From a virus (lineage: Duplodnaviria > Heunggongvirae > Uroviricota > Caudoviricetes), in the IMG/VR virus record IMGVR_UViG_3300031417_000403, positions 123,133 to 187,132 of that record: a DNA stretch of 64,000 bases; one strand, given 5' to 3'. The position numbers and the translations under genes were made by a program. The notes beneath the pieces were generated by a model. It saw nothing but the letters and a program-made list of their open reading frames with translations, had not been told where the DNA came from and made no database searches. Positions 27,170 through 36,555 of this stretch are shown here, in pieces. How positions within the stretch are numbered: the stretch's first letter is position 1; each line of letters begins with the position of its first letter.

Positions 27170-28237
27170 ATGCCTCTCATTGTTTCACAGCCATATAAGG
27201 CAACAACCGCTGTATCGACAGCTGCAGAGCTTTTGTTCGTCGAGGCTTCTGGCGGCCCGATCAACACCGTACTGTACAGCATTGATCCGACTGTAAATAA
27301 ATTCACGGTCCTAAATAAGGTTCCTTCGCTTCCTAGCTATGCTAGATCGCCTGCATATTCTCCTGATGGTAATTGGTTTGCTTTAGGAACTCGATACGCC
27401 CCATTTCTTCAACTCTACCGTAGAAGTTCAACAGGCGATTATACGCAGGTGAATATCGACTACGGAACTTTCCCTGCTCCTTCAACTGAATCTGCACAGA
27501 GTCAACCGCTTTCATTTTCAAAAAATGGAAGAATGTGTTACGCAGATTATACTGGTGGTGGCCTTCGCGTATTTGATTTGGCGGCTGATGGTTCTACCTA
27601 TGTTCAAATAGCTTATATCACCGCGGTTCCCGGTGGAATCTCAAGTGCCTGCATATCGCCTGACGGACAATACATTGCTGTATCAACATCTAGCTCAACT
27701 GGTGCATACCTCTTCAAATGGAACGGCACAACGTACGTGAGGCTTACGGCTGGAGCACAATACGGTTCGTCGAACCCTGGCGCAGCCGGCTGGCTGGAAT
27801 GGTCGAAAGACGGCACCTATCTGTTTGCGACAACAACAGACGCATCTTACAGCATTGTGTGGTGGAGATTTACGAGCGATGTTGCTACGCGTGTTAATTA
27901 TCTCGCATTCGGTGGTGGCCTGAGAAAGTTTTCTCTTTCGCCTGATAATCAATATCTTGCAGCTTACGGCGCGGCGGCAAACGGAGCACTCATTGCCATA
28001 TACAAATGGAATGGCTCAACCACTCTGACAAATCTCAATGTACCAAAGCCAGCAGGTGTTTTGTCCGGAATTGCGTTCAGCCCGAATGGCTTGTATGTGG
28101 CAATTAGCGGATCAGTTGGAACAGCGAACTATCAAGGCAAAGTATACCAACGTACTGGTGACTCGTTTGCGCTTCTGCCAAACAATCTGCAAACGAACAA
28201 CTCATTTGGTAGTCACGTGGTCTTCAGGCCAATTTGA
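27170..28237 (+). CDS. WD40/YVTN-like beta-propeller protein, probable virion/receptor-binding component
   Basis: Repeats AYSPDGNW, ISPDGQY, WSKDGTY, LSPDNQY, FSPNGLY; visibly AT-richer codon use. Confidence 0.8.
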   Translation: MPLIVSQPYKATTAVSTAAELLFVEASGGPINTVLYSIDPTVNKFTVLNKVPSLPSYARSPAYSPDGNWFALGTRYAPFLQLYRRSSTGDYTQVNIDYGTFPAPSTESAQSQPLSFSKNGRMCYADYTGGGLRVFDLAADGSTYVQIAYITAVPGGISSACISPDGQYIAVSTSSSTGAYLFKWNGTTYVRLTAGAQYGSSNPGAAGWLEWSKDGTYLFATTTDASYSIVWWRFTSDVATRVNYLAFGGGLRKFSLSPDNQYLAAYGAAANGALIAIYKWNGSTTLTNLNVPKPAGVLSGIAFSPNGLYVAISGSVGTANYQGKVYQRTGDSFALLPNNLQTNNSFGSHVVFRPI

Positions 28238-28277
28238 TAGCCCCTACAAAGTTTAGGGCAGTTTTTTGATGTGATGG

Positions 28278-28285
28278 CATAAATA
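28278..28285 (+). promoter_or_regulatory. late promoter CATAAATA
   Basis: Upstream of tail tube. Confidence 0.8.
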
Positions 28286-28324
28286 CCTGTTGAAAGTATC
28301 ACTGACCACACAAGGAGAATTACA

Positions 28325-28921
28325 GTGGCAACACTTAGCAATTTCGGTATTCCGGGCGCGGGTGCAGGTATCCTGCACCCACGTCTGAAAAACAAATTCC
28401 GTATCACATTCCAGAACATTGGCCAGCTGATTCCTGGTTCGAACTCCCGTAACCTGACAATGCAGGTCACGACGATCACTCTTCCAAACATCACTTGGGA
28501 AGAAGTTACCCTGCATCGCTACAACTCGACCGCGTACGTGGCCGGTAAGCACAGCTGGGAACCAATCTCGGTTACGATTGAAGATGACCTCGGCGGTCTC
28601 GCAACTCGCGTTATTGAAGCTCAGATGGAAACTCAACAGCGTATCATCGGCTCGGACCTTGACGGTCGTTGGCTGAACACTGCTGCAACTGGTTCTGACT
28701 ACAAATTCGGTATCCGCATCGACCAGCTCGATGGTGATGAAGGCGTCACGTCTTCGTGGATTCTCGAGGGCTGCTTCATCGTCAACGCAGACTTCGGTGA
28801 CCGCGATTACTCGGCTTCGGAAGCTGCGACTGTTACGATGTCGATCCGATTCGACCACGCACGTAAAGTTGAATCCGGCGCAGGATACGGTACGGCACTC
28901 GGCGGTAACGTCACGACCTAA
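28325..28921 (+). CDS. tail tube protein (T4 gp19-like)
   Basis: RLKNKFRITF, YVAGKHSWEPISVTIED, WILEGCF, DYSASEAATVTMSIRFD; follows sheath. Confidence 0.9.
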   Translation: MATLSNFGIPGAGAGILHPRLKNKFRITFQNIGQLIPGSNSRNLTMQVTTITLPNITWEEVTLHRYNSTAYVAGKHSWEPISVTIEDDLGGLATRVIEAQMETQQRIIGSDLDGRWLNTAATGSDYKFGIRIDQLDGDEGVTSSWILEGCFIVNADFGDRDYSASEAATVTMSIRFDHARKVESGAGYGTALGGNVTT

Positions 28922-28938
28922 TCAGTCGCGCAATAAAC

Positions 28939-28963
28939 AAAGGCCGCTTCGCGCGGCCTTTTT
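28939..28963. terminator. bidirectional Rho-independent terminator
   Basis: AAGGCCGC-TTCGC-GCGGCCTTTTT. Confidence 0.85.
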
Positions 28964-29121
28964 CATTTCCCGCCGGTATCGAGATAGACAGCCAGTGCGC
29001 CAAACAATGCTACGATCGCGATGGCACCGAGCGCGAAAGACAATCCAGGTGCGCCAAAGTCGCTTGCAACGCCGGCGGATATTGCTGATAGGAAACTCAG
29101 CAATAGAAATTTGAAAATCAT
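28963..29121 (-). CDS. small membrane protein
   Basis: MIFKFLLLSFLSA...ALFGALAVYL, hydrophobic. Confidence 0.5.
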   Translation of the reverse strand: MIFKFLLLSFLSAISAGVASDFGAPGLSFALGAIAIVALFGALAVYLDTGGK

Positions 29122-29294
29122 CTTTCTTCCTTCTTCCACTCGAACACCGGCGTGATCGGCTGCGGATTATCCTTCAGCCATTGCTTGGCGTCCTTGGTGC
29201 ATTTCTTTTCGTTGCCTTTGAAGGTAGCAACTGCCGAACCAGTGATCGGCTTCGAGCCTTCATAGCCCAGCACACGTTTCAGATTCAGAATCAT
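29118..29294 (-). CDS. small hypothetical protein
   Basis: ATGA-coupled on minus strand. Confidence 0.55.
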   Translation of the reverse strand: MILNLKRVLGYEGSKPITGSAVATFKGNEKKCTKDAKQWLKDNPQPITPVFEWKKEER

Positions 29295-29503
29295 ACGAAG
29301 TCGAGCTCCTTTGCTTTGGCCATCAGCTTGGCCGGGGTGTCAGTCATGTTCGCGGCCACATGGCGCGCAATGCCGGATGCAACCAATTCTTCAATGACTT
29401 CTTCGCGAAGGCTGACGTCAGCTTGTTGTTCTTTGAATTCTTGACGTGCAACTTTGGCTGCAGGCAGATCGGCGAGAGTCAGGGCTTTTTTGAAGAGAGT
29501 CAT
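29291..29503 (-). CDS. small hypothetical protein
   Basis: ATGA-coupled on minus strand. Confidence 0.6.
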   Translation of the reverse strand: MTLFKKALTLADLPAAKVARQEFKEQQADVSLREEVIEELVASGIARHVAANMTDTPAKLMAKAKELDFV

Positions 29504-29721
29504 TTTTGTTCCACGATGTAGAGGCGATAGTGGTCGTTGCGATCTTGCCAAACGAGACCGCGCTCGATCAGCTTGCACACGCTGCGACGGTTGACGCCGA
29601 ACTTCTCCCAGTGCACGATGTTGTGCGCGACCGGATCGGACTTGATCGTGTCCAGAGCAAACTGCTGAGCCGGCGAGAGCGGGCTTTTCTTATTCACTGG
29701 CGAGAGGTCGATGATGGCCAT
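29500..29721 (-). CDS. small hypothetical early protein
   Basis: First gene after minus-strand early promoter. Confidence 0.65.
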   Translation of the reverse strand: MAIIDLSPVNKKSPLSPAQQFALDTIKSDPVAHNIVHWEKFGVNRRSVCKLIERGLVWQDRNDHYRLYIVEQK

Positions 29722-29741
29722 TTTCGTATTCCGTTGTGTTC

Positions 29742-29782
29742 GTCGATGGATTCATTATACACGAATCCACCCAGCATGCAAA
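29742..29782 (-). promoter_or_regulatory. early promoter TTTGCA-N17-TATAAT with GAATCCATCGAC leader
   Basis: Reverse complement matches motif. Confidence 0.8.
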
Positions 29783-29785
29783 CAC

Positions 29786-30334
29786 TTAAGCGTAAAAAAC
29801 GTCAGTGCGCAGTACGAACTTTTTGCCGGAATTGACTTCCTTGCCTTCGTGCAAGATGTGATGCTCGAACATCAGCACGTCGCCTTTCTTCGGTTCGATC
29901 ACGATCCACTCGTCTCGTGGTGCAGCACGACGCGGACGCAGAACGGTTTCGCCGCCGTCGGTGTCGTTCAGATAAAACAGCACGGTGATTTCGCTCGCGC
30001 AGTCGCCGGCATCGAACGAACCGTCGTAGTGCGGCTTGAAGTACTGGCCCGGCACGTACCGGTACAGACGGAAGAACGAACCCAGCTTGACGTATTTGGC
30101 GTCCTTGAATTCTTTCGGAATCTCGCCGATGATGGTCTCAGTCAGCTCCAGCGCCATCAGCATGTCGTGGAACGTAACGCGGTCGTTGTTGCGGACGTCC
30201 TTGAACATCTGCTGCGAACCATCGCGCATCGTGATCGGTGCTTCTGCGAAGCCATGCTCATTGCCAATCGCGATGATGCGATCGCATTCTTCAGGCGTGA
30301 GCACGCCTTTCAGGTGTTTGTAGAACGGCGTCAT
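29786..30334 (-). CDS. 2OG-Fe(II) oxygenase (prolyl-4-hydroxylase-like)
   Basis: YFKPHYDG (HxD), LND..GGET, ILHEG, K.VLRTD. Confidence 0.9.
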   Translation of the reverse strand: MTPFYKHLKGVLTPEECDRIIAIGNEHGFAEAPITMRDGSQQMFKDVRNNDRVTFHDMLMALELTETIIGEIPKEFKDAKYVKLGSFFRLYRYVPGQYFKPHYDGSFDAGDCASEITVLFYLNDTDGGETVLRPRRAAPRDEWIVIEPKKGDVLMFEHHILHEGKEVNSGKKFVLRTDVFYA

Positions 30335-30460
30335 TTCTTTTTCCGCTTGGTGAACGCTGGTCGCGTAATGTAGAAGCGCAGCCTACGCTGCGCGAAGTCG
30401 ATGCCGTAGAGAACCATCTCTCCTTTAGAGATGAGTCTCCGGCGCTTGCGCATTTTCATG

Positions 30461-30682
30461 TTATCCCTTCAGAAGTTTCAGAAAAGCTTGACGACGTTCT
30501 TCCTTCGCTTTGAGCGAGGCTTCCCACGCATCTTGCGCGGTACGCCATTCGGCCCACAGCTTGCGGCATTCTTCATCACTGGCACCACGACGTTCTGCGC
30601 GGTCGTAGAAACCATACGCAGTGTTGGCGGCGGCTTCCAGTGCTTTGATGTTTGCTTCATGCTGCTCGAAGGTCATCGTCAT
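30461..30682 (-). CDS. small helical early protein
   Basis: GGAG RBS after promoter. Confidence 0.65.
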   Translation of the reverse strand: MTMTFEQHEANIKALEAAANTAYGFYDRAERRGASDEECRKLWAEWRTAQDAWEASLKAKEERRQAFLKLLKG

Positions 30683-30707
30683 GTCATTCTCCGTAGTTGA
30701 TGGGTTC

Positions 30708-30736
30708 ATTATACCCGCGTTTGCGGGTATTGCACA
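30708..30736 (-). promoter_or_regulatory. early promoter TGTGCA-N17-TATAAT
   Basis: Reverse complement matches motif. Confidence 0.8.
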
Positions 30737-30743
30737 CAACTTT

Positions 30744-31040
30744 TTACAGATGGGTATCGAGACCAGTTTGCTCGGTGAAGACGGATTGCAGCATGTCGGC
30801 GTACAGACCTTCATGCTTGCTGATGGTGCGCAGGTTCATTGCGCGATAGAAACAGAATTCCATTCGATACAGATCGTCCGGCGTCAGCGTGATGGTCACG
30901 TAGTTGCTCTTGTTCTTCGCGAACTTGGCCGGCAGACGAAACGTCAGCGACGTGCCATGCGACACGAAGTCCTTAGCGCCGGTCATGACTTTGAATTTGT
31001 TGCCGCCGAGTTGTTCGAGGATGGTGAGCGCGATCGTCAT
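30744..31040 (-). CDS. conserved-looking phage hypothetical protein
   Basis: TILEQLGGNKFKVMTGAK pattern; own promoter. Confidence 0.7.
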   Translation of the reverse strand: MTIALTILEQLGGNKFKVMTGAKDFVSHGTSLTFRLPAKFAKNKSNYVTITLTPDDLYRMEFCFYRAMNLRTISKHEGLYADMLQSVFTEQTGLDTHL

Positions 31041-31069
31041 ATTCGTTCCAATGTTCGTTTGATGGAAGA

Positions 31070-31098
31070 ATTATACCAGCAACTACGTCTGATGCAAA
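31070..31098 (-). promoter_or_regulatory. early promoter TTTGCA-N17-TATAAT
   Basis: Reverse complement matches motif. Confidence 0.75.
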
Positions 31099-31108
31099 CA
31101 AGTTTGCC

Positions 31109-31116
31109 CATAAATA
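31109..31116 (+). promoter_or_regulatory. late promoter CATAAATA
   Basis: Upstream of 31141 gene. Confidence 0.8.
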
Positions 31117-31140
31117 GAAGAATCACTATGTGGGTCAATT

Positions 31141-32535
31141 ATGCCAAACCAGTTAACACCAATTCTAAATGGCACCAAGATTGCGCTGGAACGTCAGGCT
31201 TCTGAAAAGTTCGGTGCTGCGGTTGAAGAATTTACTCGAGGAACATTGGGTCCTGCGTTAGGCATTTCTGCATCTGATTCGACCGCTACTACCAATCGAA
31301 ACGATGGGTCTTTCTATTCGTCATCATACGCTGCGGCTCTTGCTGGTGGAACCAGCTTCCGCCCAAAGCTGAAGTTCCTCTTCAAGGTCGAATTTGTATT
31401 CACTGAAGAAGCAAAGGCTGCTGCACCAGAGCTGGCACGACAGAACAGCCAGGACTTCACGTTCATGGTCAAATCCGTTGACCGCCCGAAGATCGACTTC
31501 GAGTATGAAGACGACGTCAACATGTACAACTTCCGGACGAAGGCACTGAAGAAGATTCGCCACCGCGAACTCACGATGACCTTCATGGACGACACCGGCA
31601 ACCGCGTGCTGGACTTCTTCCGCATCCTCATGATGCTGCACTCGCCTATTACGCGTCGACAAATGCTCCGCCAGAACGCTGGTTCCGAAGCTGGTCGCCT
31701 TGCGCCACCTGACGCGATGTCGATCCGGGAAGGTAACGGTATGAACTTCTCGCAATTGCCTGAGCAAGCGAACGACACGGCTATTCGCGGAACGATCAAC
31801 TCGAATGTTGGTAACGCAATTCAAACTGTCCGCGTCAAACAGATTTACGTGAACCCAGGTTCTGTCATCGGCAATGCGGTTGAGGAAACGATTTTCGACT
31901 TCATGAATGCTAGGCTCGTGTCATTCGACCTTGATGACCTGTCACATGAAGGTTCGGATGCCAACCTGATCACGATGCAGTTCGACTATGACTGGATGGA
32001 AATCGTCAACACTGGTCCACTGTCCAAGCCGGACGGCCCAAGCTACAACGTAGCAACACCAGGTGTTCATGGTGCGCCAGTCGACGTCTCGCCTGCTGGT
32101 GGCGGTGCAACGAATCCGCAAGGTGCAGGCGGTATATTCGGCAGCATCATTTCGAATTCAATCGGTCGCGCAGGCCAACAGATCACATCGTCAGCCATCA
32201 ATCGCGCTGTGCAGTCAATCGCTGGTAAAGGACAATTCGCGTCGTTGATTAGCAGCCACGCATCGAACATCGTTGGCGGCCTCGTCGGAGCTGCAAGCCG
32301 AAACATCAGCACAAGCATTGTCAATCAGGCAGGTGCAGCCTTCTCCAACATGAACGTCATCAAAGCACCAAGTGAAGCTACAAGTCCTATGGAAAGTGCA
32401 TCCGGCTCAACGTCCGTTATGGACTCAGCTGTCGGCGGTCGTGCTGATGTTGAAGGTGTGACAACGTATTATCCAGACGGTAGCTGGACCTGGGGTTCCA
32501 ACACTTATCTGGGTCGCAACACTATTCTTAAGTAA
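31141..32535 (+). CDS. baseplate / tail-tube initiator-like protein (gp48/gp54-type)
   Basis: Tube-like core FMVKSVDRPKIDFE...ELTMTFMDD...ITMQFDYD plus Gly/Ser-rich C-terminus; late promoter. Confidence 0.6.
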   Translation: MPNQLTPILNGTKIALERQASEKFGAAVEEFTRGTLGPALGISASDSTATTNRNDGSFYSSSYAAALAGGTSFRPKLKFLFKVEFVFTEEAKAAAPELARQNSQDFTFMVKSVDRPKIDFEYEDDVNMYNFRTKALKKIRHRELTMTFMDDTGNRVLDFFRILMMLHSPITRRQMLRQNAGSEAGRLAPPDAMSIREGNGMNFSQLPEQANDTAIRGTINSNVGNAIQTVRVKQIYVNPGSVIGNAVEETIFDFMNARLVSFDLDDLSHEGSDANLITMQFDYDWMEIVNTGPLSKPDGPSYNVATPGVHGAPVDVSPAGGGATNPQGAGGIFGSIISNSIGRAGQQITSSAINRAVQSIAGKGQFASLISSHASNIVGGLVGAASRNISTSIVNQAGAAFSNMNVIKAPSEATSPMESASGSTSVMDSAVGGRADVEGVTTYYPDGSWTWGSNTYLGRNTILK

Positions 32536-32544
32536 GGACGCGTC

Positions 32545-33033
32545 ATGGCAACAGGAACAAAACGAACGATGCATGGTCGGTTCTTGCCAAAGAACCCACA
32601 GAAATATGTTGGCAATTCAAACAACATCATGTTCCGCTCAAGCTGGGAACTGACGTTCATGAAGTGGATGGATTCGAATCCAGCCGTGCTTCGTTGGGGT
32701 TCAGAAGAACTCGCGATCCCATACGTCAACCCAGTCAAGGTGGATGTGAACGGTCGACCGAAAGTTTCTCGGTATTTTCCAGACTTCATCATGCTCTACC
32801 GCGATGCAGCTGGCAATATCAAGAAGGAAATCATCGAGGTCAAACCGTATCGCGAATCAGTGCTGACGCCTGGTATGACCGAACGCGACAAGATGATGTA
32901 CGCAGTGAACCAGGCGAAGTGGAAAGCCGCTTCGATCTTCGCTGAATCCCAGGGCGCAACATTCCGTGTTGTCACCGAGAAAACAATTTACAAAACCTCT
33001 GCCGCGAAAGCCGGAGCACGAACACCTCTATGA
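32545..33033 (+). CDS. head completion nuclease, T4 gp4-like (TnsA-type)
   Basis: PKNPQKYVG..RSSWE..WGSEE..YFPDF..IEVKP. Confidence 0.9.
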   Translation: MATGTKRTMHGRFLPKNPQKYVGNSNNIMFRSSWELTFMKWMDSNPAVLRWGSEELAIPYVNPVKVDVNGRPKVSRYFPDFIMLYRDAAGNIKKEIIEVKPYRESVLTPGMTERDKMMYAVNQAKWKAASIFAESQGATFRVVTEKTIYKTSAAKAGARTPL

Positions 33034-33755
33034 AGCTATACGAAATCGCTGGTCAATACAAGACCGACATCGACACTGAAGACGAAATCATCGCGTTGAT
33101 AAAAGCCAATTGCAAGGATGCGTTGAAAAGTATCAACACACCTATTGTGCGTGGCATGACCAAAATGAAAAATGGTTTCGGTATTATCCACGGTGAAGCT
33201 GGTGGTCGCAAATCTGCGAATACGACAAACCACTATACCGTTATTCTCGATGAAGCATTGCCAGATTATCCTAAACGAAGTGCATCGATTATCTGCGCGA
33301 ATTGGGAGAATCGCGACTACACATACGGATACGGCAAAATGCATGTCATCATTCCATTTGATGGCGTGAAGATTGGTATCTGCCCAGAACGCGATATGTT
33401 TTACAGCGAAGTTAAACTCGGCGATCGCGTACAACGCATTCACCGCTGGAATGATTTTTACGAGAACAACGACATTCGTGACGATTCATTTGCACACCTT
33501 GTTGAAGACTTCCAAACGCTACTTGAACGCAGGGACCTGTGGGGAATTGAAGATCACAAAGACCATCTAGCAGAATATCTCAAGCAAGAGTATAGCGTGC
33601 CTTTCGATCTGGCAACTACTGCAACCGCACAAAAATACAATCAGGCTGATCAAGAACACGAGCTCTGGATTGGCGGCAAATGCATCGCTATCGAAAGAGA
33701 TTTATTCGAATCAATGCTGGAAAAACTTGGAGCTGACCATGAAACAGAAATCTGA
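33030..33755 (+). CDS. ART-like paralogue 4 (SANT subfamily, MKLYEI leader)
   Basis: IVRG, RKSANT, PKRSASII, GYG, EHELW. Confidence 0.6.
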   Translation: MKLYEIAGQYKTDIDTEDEIIALIKANCKDALKSINTPIVRGMTKMKNGFGIIHGEAGGRKSANTTNHYTVILDEALPDYPKRSASIICANWENRDYTYGYGKMHVIIPFDGVKIGICPERDMFYSEVKLGDRVQRIHRWNDFYENNDIRDDSFAHLVEDFQTLLERRDLWGIEDHKDHLAEYLKQEYSVPFDLATTATAQKYNQADQEHELWIGGKCIAIERDLFESMLEKLGADHETEI

Positions 33756-34224
33756 AAACCCAATCCTGAATCCGCTCGACGAGCTGTTCAACACGGAACC
33801 GCAACACCAGCCTGAAGAAGAAAAGATTGAAGGCGGAATCGAAGAGTACGACCAGATCACCGAAGGCGAACTTGCCGAGATGGCTGAACCTCCACGTTCG
33901 GAAGAAAAGGACGACGAGGATAAAGAAATCGACGCCAAGCTCGATCAAGTCTATGATGTCGCGCTGGAAACTTTCCAGCAGCAGACTGAATACACGCAGA
34001 TCATCGAGCCGCGTTATGCAGCTCGCAATGCCGAAGTTGCTGCAACTTATCTGACGATCGCGCTCAACGCAGTTGCAACCAAGGCGAAAGTCAAGGGTGA
34101 CCGCAAGCGTAATTCTGCTTTCGTCCCGTACGCAAACAAAACGCAGAACAATGTCGTGGTTGCATCACGTGAAGAAATCATGCGCATGATTTCAGTTGAT
34201 GCCGAGGTAAAGGAAATCAAATGA
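33739..34224 (+). CDS. probable terminase small subunit (gp16-like)
   Basis: EPRYAARNAEVAATYL and NNVVVASREEIMRMI resemble the gp16 helix and C-terminal strand. Confidence 0.6.
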   Translation: MKQKSENPILNPLDELFNTEPQHQPEEEKIEGGIEEYDQITEGELAEMAEPPRSEEKDDEDKEIDAKLDQVYDVALETFQQQTEYTQIIEPRYAARNAEVAATYLTIALNAVATKAKVKGDRKRNSAFVPYANKTQNNVVVASREEIMRMISVDAEVKEIK

Positions 34225-34979
34225 GGTTTAAGGAATTTCTCCTTGCAGAGGAAGAAGCAGCCAGATACAAGAAGTCTATCCCAGCGCGCGATGTCGAAAA
34301 GATGTTGAACGAACATTGCAAGGATGCAATGAAGCTTTTCCATCGCCCAATCTGGCGTGGCATGACATCAGGTTCTGATGCAATGATTATTCACGGTGAA
34401 GCGGGCGGTCGTACGTCTGCGAATACCAGCAATTACTACACCGTGATTATGGATAAATTCCTCCCGTATTTCGGATACCCAAAACGTTCGAAGTCAATCA
34501 TCTGCGCAAACAACGAGAACAAAGATTATACACGCGGGTTCGGTGCGCGCTATGCAATCTTCCCGTATGACGACGTATCAATTGGTGTTTGCCAAAGCTA
34601 TGACCTTTGGGAAACACCGTCATTCAAAATTGGTAAATGCCCGGATAAACGCAGCATTGAATCCTGGAATAGTTTCTATCGTCGCAATGGTTTATCTCCT
34701 GATAGCTGGGAAGAATTCAAAGACTCGCTTGAAGAGAAAATGCAGGGAGATTCTGAGGAAAGCCATAACTTGTTGGAATGGTTCGGACCTATTGAAAAGA
34801 TCAGTTCCGTATTCGAGCAGGCGTACAGCCCAGAAAATCTCGGACTTGAACTGACCAACTCGGCCAACATCGACAAAATTCGCGGAAGTCACGAGCTATG
34901 GATTGGCGGACCCTGCATCGCAATCAGCCAGGATGTGTGGGATGAAATGATGATTGAAATGGGACTCGCACAGAAATGA
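34221..34979 (+). CDS. ART-like paralogue 5 (SANT subfamily)
   Basis: MRFKEFL; IWRG, RTSANT, PKRSKSII, GFG, SHELW. Confidence 0.6.
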   Translation: MRFKEFLLAEEEAARYKKSIPARDVEKMLNEHCKDAMKLFHRPIWRGMTSGSDAMIIHGEAGGRTSANTSNYYTVIMDKFLPYFGYPKRSKSIICANNENKDYTRGFGARYAIFPYDDVSIGVCQSYDLWETPSFKIGKCPDKRSIESWNSFYRRNGLSPDSWEEFKDSLEEKMQGDSEESHNLLEWFGPIEKISSVFEQAYSPENLGLELTNSANIDKIRGSHELWIGGPCIAISQDVWDEMMIEMGLAQK

Positions 34980-35785
34980 GATTCAAACAATTCCTCGAAG
35001 CAAAAGTGAAGTCATACGATCACGAGCCAGCGGCGACTCACGACCTGGTTGAGTTGCTCGATCGCCATTGCTTGCAGGCACTTCGTTCTGCACAGGCTGG
35101 GAATTTCATCTATCGCGGTTCTCGTTCGACCTTGCCTGCTGGCGTATATAATCCTGGATCAGGTGAACGTAAGTCGCAGAACACATCGAATTTCTACACG
35201 ATATTTCTAGATACCAACCCGCTGAACGATGAGTTTCCAAAGCGAAGCAAATCATTCATTACTACCAACAACAGGTATAAAGCTGAAAACTACGCAAGTG
35301 GCCCGATTCTTTATTGTTTCCCATTTGACGATGTGAAGATTGGTTTGGTAGATAGTGACGACTTCTGGGACCTGCGTATTGACTTTGATGTTTTGTTTTC
35401 AGCAGGCGATTCGATTGCTGACCTGAACGATTTCTGGGAAGAGTTGATTGGTGATATGCTTCTCAAGAGTTCGGACATCAAGTCACTGGCTGATATGATT
35501 TCGGCAATTAAAAGCGAACACCCAGCAACAGTTGCGAATCGTCTCCACCGTAATGGATACCTTTATGGTGTGAATCGGTCGAAGATTTCAGATGAAGAAA
35601 TCGTCAAGCGGTTTGTTGCCTCTTTGCCAAAGGCATATAGCTACAAACAACTTGATTGCAAATTAACAACGCCAGATGACATACCAGACCCGGACAAAGG
35701 CTCGTGTGAAATGTGGTTCTCCGGAAAATGCGTAATGATCCCGGAAAATATACTGGATGAAATACGAGAGGAATTGGGACTGTGA
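34976..35785 (+). CDS. ART-like paralogue 6
   Basis: MRFKQFLE; IYRG, RKSQNT, PKRSKSFITT, AENY, SCEMW. Confidence 0.6.
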   Translation: MRFKQFLEAKVKSYDHEPAATHDLVELLDRHCLQALRSAQAGNFIYRGSRSTLPAGVYNPGSGERKSQNTSNFYTIFLDTNPLNDEFPKRSKSFITTNNRYKAENYASGPILYCFPFDDVKIGLVDSDDFWDLRIDFDVLFSAGDSIADLNDFWEELIGDMLLKSSDIKSLADMISAIKSEHPATVANRLHRNGYLYGVNRSKISDEEIVKRFVASLPKAYSYKQLDCKLTTPDDIPDPDKGSCEMWFSGKCVMIPENILDEIREELGL

Positions 35786-36555
35786 TAACGTTCAAACAAT
35801 TTTTGGCTGAAGCCGGTGCGCACAAGCAGGTTATCACCGTCGATGAAGCAGTCAAGCTGATCAACACACATTGCCGCGATGCATTGAAAAATCGTCGTCA
35901 GCTGTATCGCGGTATGACACCTGATGGTGACGCATTTGCCCTGCACGGCGAAGCATCGAAGCGTAGATCAGCTAACACGCAAAATTATTACACTGTTGTC
36001 ATGGATCATTTCCTCCCAGCATTCGGTTATCCGAAACGAAGCGAATCGATTATCCTGGCGAACAACCTCGACACGGCTCGTGGTTTCGGTCGAGTGTACG
36101 CCATCTTCCCATACGATGGCGTGCCAATTGGTGTTTGCTCCAGCGATGACCTTTGGTACACGCCTGAGTTTACGGTTGGTAATGCTGGTGATGAGATGCG
36201 CATTCAGAGCTGGAACAAAGTCTGGGACGAGTATGGACTTTCGCCTGCATCGTACGAACAATTTGTCGAGAGTATCAAGACAAAGATGGAAGGCGGTGTT
36301 TCACCGAACGCTGAGCGAACAGCTCGCATGCTACGAGACATTTTCGGTTCTCCAGAAAACGTCGAACGTGTCTTGAGGAAAGCATACAGCCCGCAAACCC
36401 TCGACCTGCACTTAGCAACAACAAAAACAATTGACGATTACTCAGGCGATCGCGAATTGTGGATTGGCGGTAAATGCATCGCCATTGAAAGAACAATGTG
36501 GGAGAAAATGAAGCAAGACGACCACGATGACGAACTGGCGCCAGAGGACGACTAA
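35782..36555 (+). CDS. ART-like paralogue 7
   Basis: MITFKQFLAE; LYRG, RRSANT, PKRSESII, ARGFG, DRELW. Confidence 0.6.
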   Translation: MITFKQFLAEAGAHKQVITVDEAVKLINTHCRDALKNRRQLYRGMTPDGDAFALHGEASKRRSANTQNYYTVVMDHFLPAFGYPKRSESIILANNLDTARGFGRVYAIFPYDGVPIGVCSSDDLWYTPEFTVGNAGDEMRIQSWNKVWDEYGLSPASYEQFVESIKTKMEGGVSPNAERTARMLRDIFGSPENVERVLRKAYSPQTLDLHLATTKTIDDYSGDRELWIGGKCIAIERTMWEKMKQDDHDDELAPEDD

